Shown here one piece after another: positions 31,101 to 40,029 of a DNA stretch of 64,000 nt. The notes beneath the pieces are model-generated. The model did no database searches. It saw nothing but the letters and a program-made list of their open reading frames with translations, and was not told where the DNA came from. This stretch comes from Bacteroidota bacterium (GTDB lineage: Bacteria > Bacteroidota > Bacteroidia > Chitinophagales > LD1), in the NCBI GenBank assembly GCA_947478005.1, contig CANJVG010000002.1, positions 5,463 through 69,462 on the forward strand. The letters are read 5' to 3'. Made by a program: the position numbers and the translations under genes. Every line of letters starts with the position of its first letter. Position 1 is the first letter of the stretch.

Positions 31101-32499
31101 ACTGAATAGTTGGAGCACTTCCGGTAATGGCCACGGCAGTAGTATCATATCCACTACATCCTCGCGTATTAGTTACAGTCACTCGATATTGTCCGGCACC
31201 GGAAATAGCTATCAAACTATCCGTACTTCCAGTGGACCAATGAAATTGTAAAGCATTCCACCCATTAATCGGAGCTTTTATTCCAATGAAATTTCCCGCA
31301 CACATACTTGTGTCCGGGCCAAGCGAAACAGTATTTCTAAATGAATCGCCAGTAATAGTTATGGTATCTGAATAAGCAAGACAATTGCCATCATTAACAG
31401 TGACATAGTAATCTCCTGAGGTGCTAACAGCAATAGAAGGTGACGTTTCACCAGTACTCCAAGTGAAGGTATAGTTAGAAAAAGACGAAAGCTGTGGTGC
31501 AATCGCAATTGTATCGCCTAAACAAATGATGGTATCCGATTTATTGATGTTTACATTAGGAAAAGTGACTTTAATCGTATCGTAAAGTTGTCTGCCGAAA
31601 ATATCAGTAGTGCGTACCCAATAGCTACCAGTTCGATTTACATTAATACTTGGGGTTGTTGCCCCGGTTGACCAGGTATAACTCGAATAACAAATGCCTC
31701 CAGTCTTCAATGTTACAGGACAAAACCCAAAGACAATGGTAGTATCGTTGCCTAAAGAAGGTGGTGGTGCGTATTTATCGGAAAGATATTTTTCAACCTT
31801 TCCTCTATCAGTTGGGGAAAGCGCGCTTTTGTATAAGACTATCTCTGCAATTTCTCCGCCAAAAAAACTTGAAAATGATGCCTTGCCAAGATTATAGGTT
31901 GCAGTATCTACAAACGCTGTAGCCGTTGAAGGTGGGATCCCGGGAACTCCGTTTCTAAAAAGAGTATCAGCGACTAAGAAATTCTTCTTTGCAGTGAATA
32001 GGTAGTATTGCGCGCTGGAATTACCATTATAAGCTATTGCTCCGTTGTTTCTAAGTTGTACAACAGCGGCTGTATGCCAAAGAAAAAAGCCGTTCGTCCC
32101 GATATTGCCTATCGAAAAAATGGAGCGATTGCCAGTAACCGGATTAGGCTTAGCTATAATAAATAAGGTAATGGAAGTGTTTCCTATACCGGAAATTGTA
32201 GGGCCGGTTAATACATCTGTTGTGCTATTAAAGCGGATAGCAGGTTTGCCACACAATTCAGCGGGCATAACAGAATCAGGTTGACTACCCGTTGTATTTT
32301 GTACCGCATCATAGCCATGACCGCTCACATCCTTCCATATACTTACACCTCCAGTACCCTGTGTTATACCACTATCTGCCTTTAACCACAATGTCAAGTT
32401 AGGCAAATCAGAAGGAGCAAAACTTTGAGAAAACAAATTGTTTCCTAAAAACAATGCATGTAAAAGAAAAAGTAAGCGGAATAAATTTTTCAACCTCAT
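25117..32499 (-). CDS. 2460-aa T9SS-secreted protein with three LamG/ConA-like modules, Ig-like and PKD repeats
   Basis: Three copies of LxNLxLWLxADxGxTQ...GEIAExxLYK, many WxFGD PKD motifs, and a C-terminal PSPNPA...YFIRV type A CTD. Confidence 0.85.
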   Translation of the reverse strand: MRLKNLFRLLFLLHALFLGNNLFSQSFAPSDLPNLTLWLKADSGITQGTGGVSIWKDVSGHGYDAVQNTTGSQPDSVMPAELCGKPAIRFNSTTDVLTGPTISGIGNTSITLFIIAKPNPVTGNRSIFSIGNIGTNGFFLWHTAAVVQLRNNGAIAYNGNSSAQYYLFTAKKNFLVADTLFRNGVPGIPPSTATAFVDTATYNLGKASFSSFFGGEIAEIVLYKSALSPTDRGKVEKYLSDKYAPPPSLGNDTTIVFGFCPVTLKTGGICYSSYTWSTGATTPSINVNRTGSYWVRTTDIFGRQLYDTIKVTFPNVNINKSDTIICLGDTIAIAPQLSSFSNYTFTWSTGETSPSIAVSTSGDYYVTVNDGNCLAYSDTITITGDSFRNTVSLGPDTSMCAGNFIGIKAPINGWNALQFHWSTGSTDSLIAISGAGQYRVTVTNTRGCSGYDTTAVAITGSAPTIQFVGDTICLGETYFPSNTTAPIDTPIAYNWDFGNSSQSTAPNPNYIYPDTGKYMVSLTATTNAGCSSTSSRSVLIKPNPMASFQTTVACINNSYQFSDLSTSPVGTSINFRDWNFGDTTIHSFVQNPSHFYLYPNNHPVTLIVSATNGCTDTLQNILPVVATYTLPDSPVLQQPTDNYQLGSQNINFVWSPSQNAVRYALLVSGDSSFTTAIASNNISATQYAAFVPSNPVYYWKVRAYNICNDSSESVRRLFTMFNPSNLGNLALWLEADAGITQHGDTVSQWSDQSGNGYHATQSNINNQPKRVYPAELCGKPALKFDGIDDILNGTTIPNIDTGSLSLFLVGKTYTTSGNRTFFSIGTSTTGMWMWHGGPTFEFRNNASQITTPIVANSYYLLDAVKSLNTNAKLYKNGLLTSTGALPALTAPFVNGDYSLGKLQAAFSYLQGEIAEVILYKGTLSTSSRQQVENYLFNKYSAPVNLGPDITVNYGFCPVQLNATNCYKTYSWSTNETTPTVNVNHSGVYFVEVTDIFGRISRDTVVVKFPNINLTVSDTTICFGDTVHIQTQLTSINGYSFHWNTGDSSTSIQANTSGNYYVQVSGNGCSSFSDTLTVVIDTFQNTVSLGSDTSMCAGNLIGIKTPAIGWAGFQFQWSTGETNAYAIVPDSGNISVTVTNNIGCKGSDAIYITKIGSTPNVFFTGDTICLGQNYVPQNNSVSADTSHISGYTWEFGEGGIATDAYPSYPYLNVGNYTVTLSVATNVGCLNYAIHTVLVKPVPLAAFQAGTGCTSAPFQFIDISTAPQGDSINQWDWNFGDDSAHSLIKNPPHQYISSNTYPILFIATASNGCSDTIIDTLLVVQNAPNPQAIYLQSPANNFQVISPTVTFSWAATQNASDYSLLISTNSNFSSPLTIDNIVATQHTTTVSGGQTFYWKVRAYNICGVYSESSIRIFTLFTPTDLSNLTLWLAADVGVTQNGGLVSVWNDLTPNNFSATQPDTTKQPRLVNPIELVKPALRFGGVDDVLGGALIPGIGSSSVSLFVIVKPNVTTGNRSIFSVGAANGLFLWHSAGRYEFRNNSQTAYGPTITSEYSLITAKKKLGAFDSIYRNSVPINGVLSAAAGAAVPDTNYVLGKAPFSTFFNGEIAEVILYKNNLNNTERQQVENYLYNKYSPPVDLGPDKNQAYSLCPVPIEAGIRFKEFLWSTGDTTHSISVSKGGTYWVRATDVFDRVSSDTIQITLPYAGMNTPDTAVCIGSSINIVPILPEGSLYTFLWNDSISVNPFYPTDSFGNYFCSIADSAGCILVSDTVRITIDSFPLISLLPVDTGMCSGNNLAIETGIYHPRNQLWSTGDTTVQITISTNGIFSVDVTDINSCNVRDSVAVTIKGIAPTAYFTASRACFGDSVHFLDSSVTIQPDVVSFWNWSFGDNEGSVLKNPSHSYPITGDFVATLYIKTDSGCTGSYSAPIKVFAKPEAKYSYPGIICAGNSSQFFDNSIVLPTDTIIQWKWWFNQTDSFNSKSVAYSFPTQGNIPVIFRVTTTNGCSDAITSFIEVFPSLDANFNFSQTCLGDSTKFVDITPSLSIVRWQWNYGDGSFFASLQNPIHRYLVPGAYNVSLAVENAIGCVDTISKNLLVVEQPIADFTNLSHCIDLSYTPKDSSSSPSEPIHRWDWNIGGTLFNNNHYPQSYFADTGNYTVKLLVTTNSGCRDSVSKIVQVHPNPVSLFAMAPLYGEAPVNVTFNNHSTNATSYIWNFGDGSAVSSAENTTHTYSQNDTFHIVLTATSDFGCSNTSSQTFYVSHTDLDLSVDAVESVSQVQNDGSVLINVKALMSNVGTRTITHILAYATLGTGGVIAEDWTGLLQSGQIMEDTFHARFVVAASNANSYVCVEVVEVNHGETELRTDNNRQCESLTGTMQLVGPSPNPAFNQSTLGIVLPKAGKVSIAIVDALGHYVMPETELDFPVGRSDFEIPTGLMLAAEYFIRVTYNEEKTVRKFILQK

Positions 32500-32532
32500 G
32501 GGGCTCTATGTTCTTATTCCCGAAAGTAGGCA

Positions 32533-33783
32533 TTATTCCCTCAACTCATTCCCTTTTATCAACGCCTCATAGACCTGTGCATACTTTTGAACACCTTTCG
32601 TAAGCGAATAAATTTCACCCGCAGCGGCAATAATCTTTTCTTTATTGAAAACCCTCTTGTCTGAAATCATTTTGTCAATGGCTTTTTGATACGCACTTAC
32701 AGAAAATTCATGTACCAAAATTCCGGATTCCAATCTTTCTGTTATTTCATCCACATCACCAACATGGGCATTGCAAACATGAGGAATACCCATTCCCATT
32801 ATTTCTCCCTGTTTGGTGGGTGATGAGGCTTGCTTTGAGAAAACAGGAAGAATGAAAAACAGATTCCAGTTTGACAGAGAAAGAAAGGTTGGTACCTCAT
32901 AATGCTTTGCAGGAGTAATCAAAAAAGCACTTTCGGGTATATTCTTCTCGATTGCTTTGTGCAAAATATTTTGAGGTAACTCGTTTGTAATAAACAGGAA
33001 CTTAGCATCCGGATGTTTTTCTAACAAACATTTAAAAAAGTCCAGCATTTCGCTAAGCATATACCATGTTCCTATGCTTCCAAGATAACTCAAAACAAAC
33101 TCATTTCCAGTAAGCTGAAATTTTGTTCGCAGTTCCCGTTTTAGTTTTTCGTCCACACTTTTTTGAGAAAACATTTCTAAATCGGCACAACAAGGAATAA
33201 CCTGAATAGGAATTGGTTGGTTAGGTATTTCATTTCGCGCATGAAGGATTTTCTTACCAGCATTGGTTAAGCTTACAGTATAATCCGCTTCTGTCAAAAA
33301 TTCCTTTTCCTTCTGTTTAAAGAATTTATATATGGAGTTATAGACAGGGGTTTTTCTATTCCAAATTTTCCCATCGACCCGTTCATCGGGATAAAATCCG
33401 CGCATATCGAACAGAAATTTTGTTCCGAACTTTCGCTTCATCCCCAGTCCAGCAAAGGCGGATATATAGCTGCGGCAATGAACAATGCTGAAATTCGTTT
33501 TGGCATTAAAAGCAAAAGATTTTTTCTGCATCCTTGCCAAGTCGTAAATGGTAGAAAGAACCGGTGGCTTCTTGGTATAAGAAAGTGGCTCCCAATGAAT
33601 ATTACTTCGCTTTAACCTTTCCGAAATTTCTTTCGAAAACTTTTCAAACCGCTCAGGTTTCTCAAAACTTATCAGCGTAAACTCATAGCCAAGCTTTGAA
33701 AGTCCTTCTAAATAGGGAATAACCTGGCTCTGCCCTAACGGATCTGTCATTCCATCGTAACTAAGGTAAAGAATCTTATACAT
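32533..33783 (-). CDS. glycosyltransferase family 4 protein
   Basis: Motifs YDGMTDPLGQSQV, VHCRSY, FDMRGF and ASSPTKQGE. Confidence 0.85.
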   Translation of the reverse strand: MYKILYLSYDGMTDPLGQSQVIPYLEGLSKLGYEFTLISFEKPERFEKFSKEISERLKRSNIHWEPLSYTKKPPVLSTIYDLARMQKKSFAFNAKTNFSIVHCRSYISAFAGLGMKRKFGTKFLFDMRGFYPDERVDGKIWNRKTPVYNSIYKFFKQKEKEFLTEADYTVSLTNAGKKILHARNEIPNQPIPIQVIPCCADLEMFSQKSVDEKLKRELRTKFQLTGNEFVLSYLGSIGTWYMLSEMLDFFKCLLEKHPDAKFLFITNELPQNILHKAIEKNIPESAFLITPAKHYEVPTFLSLSNWNLFFILPVFSKQASSPTKQGEIMGMGIPHVCNAHVGDVDEITERLESGILVHEFSVSAYQKAIDKMISDKRVFNKEKIIAAAGEIYSLTKGVQKYAQVYEALIKGNELRE

Positions 33784-35641
33784 GGACGATTGATGATTGA
33801 TGATTGAACAGCCACCGATGTAGAAGAATCAATACCCAAATTCTATTGAACAGATAAACTTCACCTTTTTCAAAACGCGCAACAAGTGTTTTCACTTTTT
33901 CGAATTTTACGGCTCCGCATTGCTTTACTACTTCTTCGCTCAAATATTTTTCAATCAAATAGTGTAAATCGGTTTTGAGCCATTTTGCTAAGGGAATAGA
34001 GAAGCCCCATTTTGGTCTTTCGAAAAGTTCTCTCGGCACAAAATCGTAGAGCACTTCTTTCAATAAATACTTTGCCACACCATTTTTCATTTTCAAATCT
34101 TCCGAAAGATTCAAGGCAAACTCTACAACCCGGTAATCTAAAAACGGGGTTCGGGCTTCGAGCGAAAACTGCATGCTTGCTATATCTACCTTGGTTAGTA
34201 AATCATCTTTCAGATAATACTTTATATCAAACAATGCCTGCTCTTCGGCCGCAGATAGCTTTCGTTTTGTTTCAAATTCCTCCTTAAACAAAACTTCGTG
34301 TTTGAAATCATTTTTCAACAAACCATCTAATTCCTTTTCGCTAAAAAAGTATTGCTCCTGCGAAAAGATATGGCTCTTCTTGTGCGCCTCGGTCCTGTAA
34401 TTGAAGACCTCGGCTCCGCGTTTATAACGGCTTCCCATTTGCGCAAGCGTCAACGAAATAGTTTTACGCAAATTCTTCACAAATGGATTGTCTAATCGTT
34501 TCGCCCAGGTATATGCTCCATAACCCATAAACAATTCATCGCCCCCATCACCGCTCAAAGTCATGGTTACATGTTGCCGAGCCAGTTTTGAAACCAGCAT
34601 GGTTGGAATGCCCGATGAATCAGCATAGGGCTCATCGTAGACTGTCATCATTTTATCTATGAGGCCGAGCGCATCGTTTTCGGTGACAATAAACTCATGG
34701 TGTTCTGTGCCGAGGTGTTTCGAAACCTTTCGGGCATATTCGCTTTCGTCAAACTTCGCTTCCTTAAAGCCAATCGAAAAAGTTTTCACCGGTTGAGCTG
34801 AAAGACTTTGCGCTATCGCTGTGACTGCACTTGAATCAATTCCTCCACTCAAAAAAGTGCCGAACGGCACATCGCTTATCATTCGATAGCGCACCGAAGA
34901 AGTGAGCAGTTCTTTCAATTCTTTTTTAGCAGAATCAAAATCTGTAACAACCGTTGTTGTAATCTTATCTTCGGGCTTCCAATAGTGAACTACTTCAAAG
35001 CCGTGCTTGTCAACCAAAGCAAAACTGCCTGCAGGTAATTTGTAAATAGATTGATAAATGGTTTCCCGCTCGGGGATGTAGCCGGCATATAAAAACGTGG
35101 GAACGACCCGCTTGTTAAGCGCGCTATTTTGCGCCACAAAATCAATAGCGAGCAATGCTTTTATCTCGGAACCGAAAGCAAAAGTGTTTTCGGCATAGAA
35201 ATAATAAAGCGGTTTTACGCCCAGCCGGTCGCGGAAAAGATACAATTGCTCTTTCTGCTTATCATAAATGGCAATGGCAAACATACCGTTGAGCAAATTC
35301 ACGAACTCAGCACCTTTCTTCTCAAATGCCTCCAGAATAATCTCTGTGTCGCTTGTGGTGCGCGCGGAAATATTCAACTGCTTGGCTATCTCTTGAAAAT
35401 TATAAACCTCTCCGTTAAATACCATGACGTATCGCTCGCTATGCGAAACCATCGGTTGGTTGGCGGCTGTGCTTAGGTCAATGATGCTCAGTCTGCGATG
35501 GCCAAGTCCGCAGGTTTTTTCTTCGTTTAAATAAAATCCCGCAGCATCGGGCCCGCGATGGCTTATCACATTCGTCATCGAATGCAAATCGCCCTCACTG
35601 AACCGCTTAGTGGGAGAAAAAAAACCGGAGATGCCACACAT
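33776..35641 (-). CDS. asnB: asparagine synthase (glutamine-hydrolysing) family amidotransferase
   Basis: N-terminal MCGI, HRGPD, HRRLSIIDL, LSGGIDSS, LSGDGGDELF and RTPFLD. Confidence 0.93.
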   Translation of the reverse strand: MCGISGFFSPTKRFSEGDLHSMTNVISHRGPDAAGFYLNEEKTCGLGHRRLSIIDLSTAANQPMVSHSERYVMVFNGEVYNFQEIAKQLNISARTTSDTEIILEAFEKKGAEFVNLLNGMFAIAIYDKQKEQLYLFRDRLGVKPLYYFYAENTFAFGSEIKALLAIDFVAQNSALNKRVVPTFLYAGYIPERETIYQSIYKLPAGSFALVDKHGFEVVHYWKPEDKITTTVVTDFDSAKKELKELLTSSVRYRMISDVPFGTFLSGGIDSSAVTAIAQSLSAQPVKTFSIGFKEAKFDESEYARKVSKHLGTEHHEFIVTENDALGLIDKMMTVYDEPYADSSGIPTMLVSKLARQHVTMTLSGDGGDELFMGYGAYTWAKRLDNPFVKNLRKTISLTLAQMGSRYKRGAEVFNYRTEAHKKSHIFSQEQYFFSEKELDGLLKNDFKHEVLFKEEFETKRKLSAAEEQALFDIKYYLKDDLLTKVDIASMQFSLEARTPFLDYRVVEFALNLSEDLKMKNGVAKYLLKEVLYDFVPRELFERPKWGFSIPLAKWLKTDLHYLIEKYLSEEVVKQCGAVKFEKVKTLVARFEKGEVYLFNRIWVLILLHRWLFNHQSSIVHV

Positions 35642-35686
35642 AGTTTAATGCAGAAGTTTGAATATAGAATTTGGCATTAATACTTA

Positions 35687-36655
35687 TTACACTTTTGAAA
35701 AGGGATGGTTGCTCAGCGGAAACTTGCAAAGCGGATGAAACTCGCCTACCAGACCAACCGGCTGAGCATCGCGAATTTCGTTAGCTATACGAATACTCGG
35801 CAGTGCATCACTGACCCCAAATCCATTTCCTTTTAATATTTCTTCATAGCTGCGCGTGTGCAAATCTGTAAACCCATCGCTGAACTCAATTTCCTCACCT
35901 TCCAATGTCATACTTCTATAGGTGCGCATATTTTTTTGTTTGGCACTTTCGGGAAGTGTGTCTGCGTTAATACTTAAGAACCACCGAACCCTGGCCTTTG
36001 CAAACTCCAGATATCCCGCAGCGCGGTCATGGGTGTGCAGATGCACCATGTTCTGTTTTACCTCACCAAACAAAAAGCTGAGCATATCAAAAAAATGGAT
36101 GCCGATATTCGTAGCAATTCCTCCGCTCTTGCTCACATCACCTTTCCAGCTGGTGTAATACCAATTGCCGCGCGAAGTGATATAGGTCAAATCAAAATCG
36201 TAAATTTTGTCCTTTTCGCCTTTTTCAATTTTCTCTTTCAGTTTTAAAATATTCGGGTGCAGCCGTAATTGAAGAATGGTATTTATCTTTTTCCCCGTTT
36301 CTTTCTCAAGTGCAATAAGCGATTCTGCATTTGAGGTCTTAAGGACCAGGGGCTTTTCACAAATTACATTCGCACCAATACGTAAACCAAAACGAATGTG
36401 GGAATCATGAAGATAATTTGGAGAGCAAATAGAGACATAGTCAAGTGGCGTCCCTTTTCGCATCAATTTATCGATATGACGATCAAAACGCTCGAACTCC
36501 ACAAAAAATGCAGCATCCGGGAAATAGGAATCCATAATTCCAACGCTGTCAAAAGGGTCATAGGCGGCCAGCAACGAATTGCCGGTATCCTTAATAGCTT
36601 TTAAATGCCGCGGTGCGATGTAGCCCGAAGCACCTATCAACGCAAAATTCTTCAT
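35687..36655 (-). CDS. wbpB: Gfo/Idh/MocA oxidoreductase, WbpB/WlbA-like UDP-GlcNAcA 3-dehydrogenase
   Basis: Motifs GYIAPRH, ICSPNYLH, ICEKPL, SGGIATNIGIHFFD and FSDGFTDLH. Confidence 0.8.
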   Translation of the reverse strand: MKNFALIGASGYIAPRHLKAIKDTGNSLLAAYDPFDSVGIMDSYFPDAAFFVEFERFDRHIDKLMRKGTPLDYVSICSPNYLHDSHIRFGLRIGANVICEKPLVLKTSNAESLIALEKETGKKINTILQLRLHPNILKLKEKIEKGEKDKIYDFDLTYITSRGNWYYTSWKGDVSKSGGIATNIGIHFFDMLSFLFGEVKQNMVHLHTHDRAAGYLEFAKARVRWFLSINADTLPESAKQKNMRTYRSMTLEGEEIEFSDGFTDLHTRSYEEILKGNGFGVSDALPSIRIANEIRDAQPVGLVGEFHPLCKFPLSNHPFSKV

Positions 36656-36791
36656 GTAGCAATAATAGGAAAAAGAGAGAGGATAACACGCCCGACAATA
36701 TTTCTACAGGGGAATTATGTTAAGCTAAAAACACAAAATGCTCCTTTAAAAAATTCTAAGTTTGCGGCACTAAAAACTTCAATACAAAAAC

Positions 36792-37844
36792 ATGATTAAC
36801 GTTTCTCTGCTTAAAGAAATATGCGAATTGCCGGGTGTTCCGGGTCACGAACAAAAGGTGCGTGAGCTCATTAAACGCGAACTCAAAAACATTGCCGATG
36901 ATATTTCTATTGACAATATGGGTAACCTTATTGCGGTGAAAAAAGGAAAGAGCAGTGCTAAAAAAGTGATGGCTGCGGCTCACATGGATGAAATAGGTTT
37001 TATTGTTCATCATATTGACGAAAATGGTTTTCTGCGGTTTCACCCGCTCGGAGGTTTTGATCCTAAAACCCTGACTGCTCAACGTGTGGTAGTGCATGGA
37101 AAGAAGGATGTGATTGGCGTAATGGGCACTAAACCCATTCACTTGATGTCAGCCGAAGAACGTGTAAAGCCGCTACATCTCACCGATTTTTTCATTGACC
37201 TGGGTATGAGCAAAAAGGAAGTGGTAAAGATTGTGTCTATTGGAGACACGGTTACCCGCGAACGCGAACTGATTGAAATGGGCGATTGTGTAAACTGCAA
37301 AAGTATTGACAACCGTGTTGCTGTTTTTATTCTGATTGAAACACTTCGTGAACTGAAAGATAAAAAAATTCCTTTTGATTTCTATGGCATTTTTACGGTG
37401 CAGGAAGAGGTGGGTATTCGCGGAGCACAGGTGGCGGCTCATCATATTGGAGCTGAATTCAGTTTTTGTATTGATACTACTATTGCCTTTGATACTCCGG
37501 GCGCCAAACCCGAAGAGCGGGTGACTTCGCTGGGTGATGGTGTAGCCATAAAAATTATGGACTCTTCCGCCATTTGCGATTACCGCATGGTGAAGTACAT
37601 GAAGGAACTGGCCGACAAAAACAAAATTAAATGGCAACCGGAATTGTTACCTGCTGGCGGAACCGACACGGCCGGTATGCAGCGTATGGCTCCAAACGGA
37701 ACTATAGCCGGAGCGGTTTCTATTCCTACCCGTCATATACATTCGGTAATTGAAATGGCGCACAAGGCCGATATTCGAGGCAATATTGATTTGCTGAAAC
37801 TTTGCCTTAGCAATTTGGATAAGTATGATTGGAGTTTTAAGTAA
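36792..37844 (+). CDS. M42 family metallo-aminopeptidase
   Basis: Motifs AAHMDEIG, KSIDNR, VQEEVG, GGTD and RHIHS. Confidence 0.92.
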   Translation: MINVSLLKEICELPGVPGHEQKVRELIKRELKNIADDISIDNMGNLIAVKKGKSSAKKVMAAAHMDEIGFIVHHIDENGFLRFHPLGGFDPKTLTAQRVVVHGKKDVIGVMGTKPIHLMSAEERVKPLHLTDFFIDLGMSKKEVVKIVSIGDTVTRERELIEMGDCVNCKSIDNRVAVFILIETLRELKDKKIPFDFYGIFTVQEEVGIRGAQVAAHHIGAEFSFCIDTTIAFDTPGAKPEERVTSLGDGVAIKIMDSSAICDYRMVKYMKELADKNKIKWQPELLPAGGTDTAGMQRMAPNGTIAGAVSIPTRHIHSVIEMAHKADIRGNIDLLKLCLSNLDKYDWSFK

Positions 37845-37874
37845 ATCCCTAAAAGGAACTTAAATACAAGAACC

Positions 37875-38123
37875 ATGTGGACCGAAGAAATTTTACCTGA
37901 CAAGTCAGGCAACGCGCTCAAAAAGACTTTCCTCTTCAAAGATTTCTCGGAAGCCTTTGCTTTTATGACACGCGTTGCTTTGCTGGCAGAAAAGCAGGAC
38001 CATCATCCTTACTGGGTAAACGTTTGGAACCGCGTGGAGATTACGCTAAACACCCACAGTGCAGGCAATATCGTTACCGAAAAAGACAGAAAGCTGGCAG
38101 AGGCAATTGACAAACTTGTCTGA
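37875..38123 (+). CDS. phhB: 4a-hydroxytetrahydrobiopterin (pterin-4a-carbinolamine) dehydratase
   Basis: [11 protein letters not shown]...DHHP...LNTH...TEKD. Confidence 0.9.
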   Translation: MWTEEILPDKSGNALKKTFLFKDFSEAFAFMTRVALLAEKQDHHPYWVNVWNRVEITLNTHSAGNIVTEKDRKLAEAIDKLV

Positions 38124-38211
38124 AAACAAAAGCACTTTCATTTTTTGTGTGAATCATTCGCCTTTCACATCAAATTATGCGTATTACCTTTGAAGAAGGG
38201 ATACTGCTTTT

Positions 38212-39993
38212 ATGAGAATACTTAAAGTTGGCTTTTTGTTGGTGCTTATTGTTTTAATGAACACTTCGTTTCATAAAACAAGCCAACGAATGGTAGCCGC
38301 TTCTTCCACAAAGCCACAAGTCGATACGGTTCTCCGTGCCAAAACTTATCCTCAAAACTATTTCTCTTCTCCACTCGACATTTCTCCTTTAACCATAGTC
38401 GGTAATTTTGGTGAGCCGCGCAGACTGCACTTTCATACGGGGCTCGATTTGCGAACCAATCAGGAAGAGGGCCATGCCGTGTTTGCTGCGGCTGACGGCT
38501 ATGTTTCGCGTATCAATGTATCTGGCGCAGGTTATGGAAACGCACTTTACATTACTCACCCGAATGGCTATGTAACGGCTTATGGTCACCTCCAAAAGTT
38601 TAACTCGAAATTGATGGCGCGCCTGCGCAAAGAGCAGTATGCCAAAGAAAATTTTGCAGTTGATTTTAATTTATTGCTCGATGAAATGGTGGTGAAGAAA
38701 GGCGACACCATTGCCCTGAGCGGCAACACTGGCGGCAGTGGCGGGCCACATCTTCATTTTGAAATCCGCGATTCGCTCGAGAAAATTTATAACCCTTTAT
38801 TGTTTGGTTATAAACTGAAAGACGACCTAAAACCCATTGTCAGTTATCTGAAAATTTATCCTTTGGGCGATTTGAAATACACTTCGGATGGTTACCGCAC
38901 GGCCGTTGCGAACAAGAAAGGAATTTATGAAGTGGCCGGTGGACTGGTGAAGGTGAATGAAGCGCGGGTGGGCATTTCGATAAACACCTTTGATGTCATT
39001 AATCTCTCGGATGCGCATGTAGGCATCTACAACATTACGGTTTTTGATGGCGACAAAATGATTTACGAATATCAAATGGACGGCATCGCTTTTTCCGATA
39101 AACGCGATGTGCTGAGCCATACCGACTATCCTATTTTCATCAACGAAGCGCACCGCACTTTTCATAAATGTTTTGTAGAGCCCGGCAACCACTGCCCGGT
39201 CTATTGCAGTTTAGACAACAGCGGCATCATCAATTTGAGCGATGAAAAGCCGCACGATATTCATGTGGAGGTAAGTGACTTTGCGGGCAATGTGGCGCTC
39301 GTAAAATTCAAATTGCAGCAGGATAAACTCTGCACTTTGTTTAAAGTGAAAGAACTGAAATACACCGCGCGTTTTGCTTACGACACGGTCAACGAATTCT
39401 CGAACCCCGATATAAAAATGACGCTGCCCGTGGGTTGTTTGTTCGACAATGTGTTCTTCAATTTTTCTTCGGCCCTTTCTACCGAGCCTACTGTTTTCTC
39501 CAAAATATTTCAGCTCGACAACAGCAACACACAGGTGTTCGACTGGTTCGACCTGCGCCTGAAAACCGAGAATCTGAACCCCGCGCTGGCCGACAAAGCA
39601 GTAGTAGTATATAAAGACGGCACAGGCGCCACCACCTCGCGCGGAGGCAGTTTTGAAGTGGGCTTTATAACCACCAGGGCGCGCGAGTTCGGCACTTATT
39701 ATATAAAGCTCGACACCACCGCTCCGCAAATAAAAATGATGAACCTGGTAGCCGGCCACAACATGCGCAGTGCCAAAAAGATACTTACCAAAATAACCGA
39801 CAACCTCTCGGGCATTGTTGATTTTGATACTTATATAGATGGCCAATGGGTCGTTACCGATTACGATGCCAAGTCCGCCACCCTTACCCACACGCTCGAC
39901 CAAAACCTCGCGTCCGGCCAGCATATATATAAAATAGTGGTGACCGATGAACGAAATAACCGCGCTGAGCTGGCGGTGAAGTTTGGGATGTGA
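38212..39993 (+). CDS. M23 family metallopeptidase
   Basis: Motifs HFHTGLD, YGHL and GPHLHFEIR. Confidence 0.92.
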   Translation: MRILKVGFLLVLIVLMNTSFHKTSQRMVAASSTKPQVDTVLRAKTYPQNYFSSPLDISPLTIVGNFGEPRRLHFHTGLDLRTNQEEGHAVFAAADGYVSRINVSGAGYGNALYITHPNGYVTAYGHLQKFNSKLMARLRKEQYAKENFAVDFNLLLDEMVVKKGDTIALSGNTGGSGGPHLHFEIRDSLEKIYNPLLFGYKLKDDLKPIVSYLKIYPLGDLKYTSDGYRTAVANKKGIYEVAGGLVKVNEARVGISINTFDVINLSDAHVGIYNITVFDGDKMIYEYQMDGIAFSDKRDVLSHTDYPIFINEAHRTFHKCFVEPGNHCPVYCSLDNSGIINLSDEKPHDIHVEVSDFAGNVALVKFKLQQDKLCTLFKVKELKYTARFAYDTVNEFSNPDIKMTLPVGCLFDNVFFNFSSALSTEPTVFSKIFQLDNSNTQVFDWFDLRLKTENLNPALADKAVVVYKDGTGATTSRGGSFEVGFITTRAREFGTYYIKLDTTAPQIKMMNLVAGHNMRSAKKILTKITDNLSGIVDFDTYIDGQWVVTDYDAKSATLTHTLDQNLASGQHIYKIVVTDERNNRAELAVKFGM

Positions 39994-40029
39994 GAAATTG
40001 CCTCTGGCACAAAAACAAAATCAAGATTC

